64,000 nt of DNA from the IMG/VR virus record IMGVR_UViG_3300046474_000470, positions 1 to 64,000 of that record. One strand, written 5' to 3'. Made by a program: the position numbers and the translations under genes. Source of the stretch: a virus. How positions within the stretch are numbered: the first letter of the stretch is position 1; the number at the start of each line of letters is the position of its first letter. The notes below the pieces were generated by a model. The model was given only the letters and a program-made list of their open reading frames with translations, was not told the origin of the DNA and ran no database searches. Shown here one piece after another: positions 63,855-64,000 of the stretch.

Positions 63855-63995
63855 TTAATCCTCGTAGCGGTAAGAGGTCAGGCGGTGCGCAAGTGCGCGG
63901 CCCGCCTCGTAGGTGGCGTCCAGGCCTTCGAGGCGGGTGGTGCAGGCCCGGCGGAATTCGTAGATGCCGAGCAGGAAAGCGTGAAGTCGTTTCAT
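63855..63995 (-). CDS. 46-aa hypothetical protein MKRLHAFLLGIYEFRRACTT...
   Basis: Open frame from the ATG at 63995 to the TAA at 63855-63857. Confidence 0.55.
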   Translation of the reverse strand: MKRLHAFLLGIYEFRRACTTRLEGLDATYEAGRALAHRLTSYRYED

Positions 63996-64000
63996 GGTTG

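Overview
The whole window is part of a GC-rich, long-tailed dsDNA phage genome or phage-derived contig. A betaproteobacterial host is a guess from protein families and codon style. No host housekeeping genes, rRNA, tRNA, CRISPR array or integrase are visible. Layout: (1) 1-14619, + strand late region: end of a tail assembly chaperone, a 2451-aa tape measure protein, tail-tip/fibre genes, a permuted papain-like protein, a lysis cassette (two holin-like genes, GH19 endolysin, Rz with embedded Rz1) and a metallophosphoesterase. (2) 14635-40514, - strand replication, recombination and nucleotide-metabolism module: SbcC/SbcD, HNH, RecU-like resolvase, ThyA, ATP-dependent ligase, full Pol I-like polymerase, TraR-like protein, dNMP kinase, MazG-like protein, DEDDh exonuclease, primase-helicase, SF2 helicase, deaminase, C5 methyltransferase and RdgC. 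(3) 40718-44419, an isolated + strand five-gene cassette resembling a virion fibre/appendage module with an SGNH esterase. (4) 44403-64000, - strand array of about 50 small, tightly coupled early-type genes. The most striking signal is at 38320-39346: a C5 DNA methyltransferase split over two almost fully overlapping reading frames. The alpha frame carries the catalytic motifs in a permuted order but lacks motif IX. A nested +1-frame beta gene has its own Shine-Dalgarno, supplies motif IX and carries three tandem GWxTP modules. All family assignments are by motif recognition; no database search was run.
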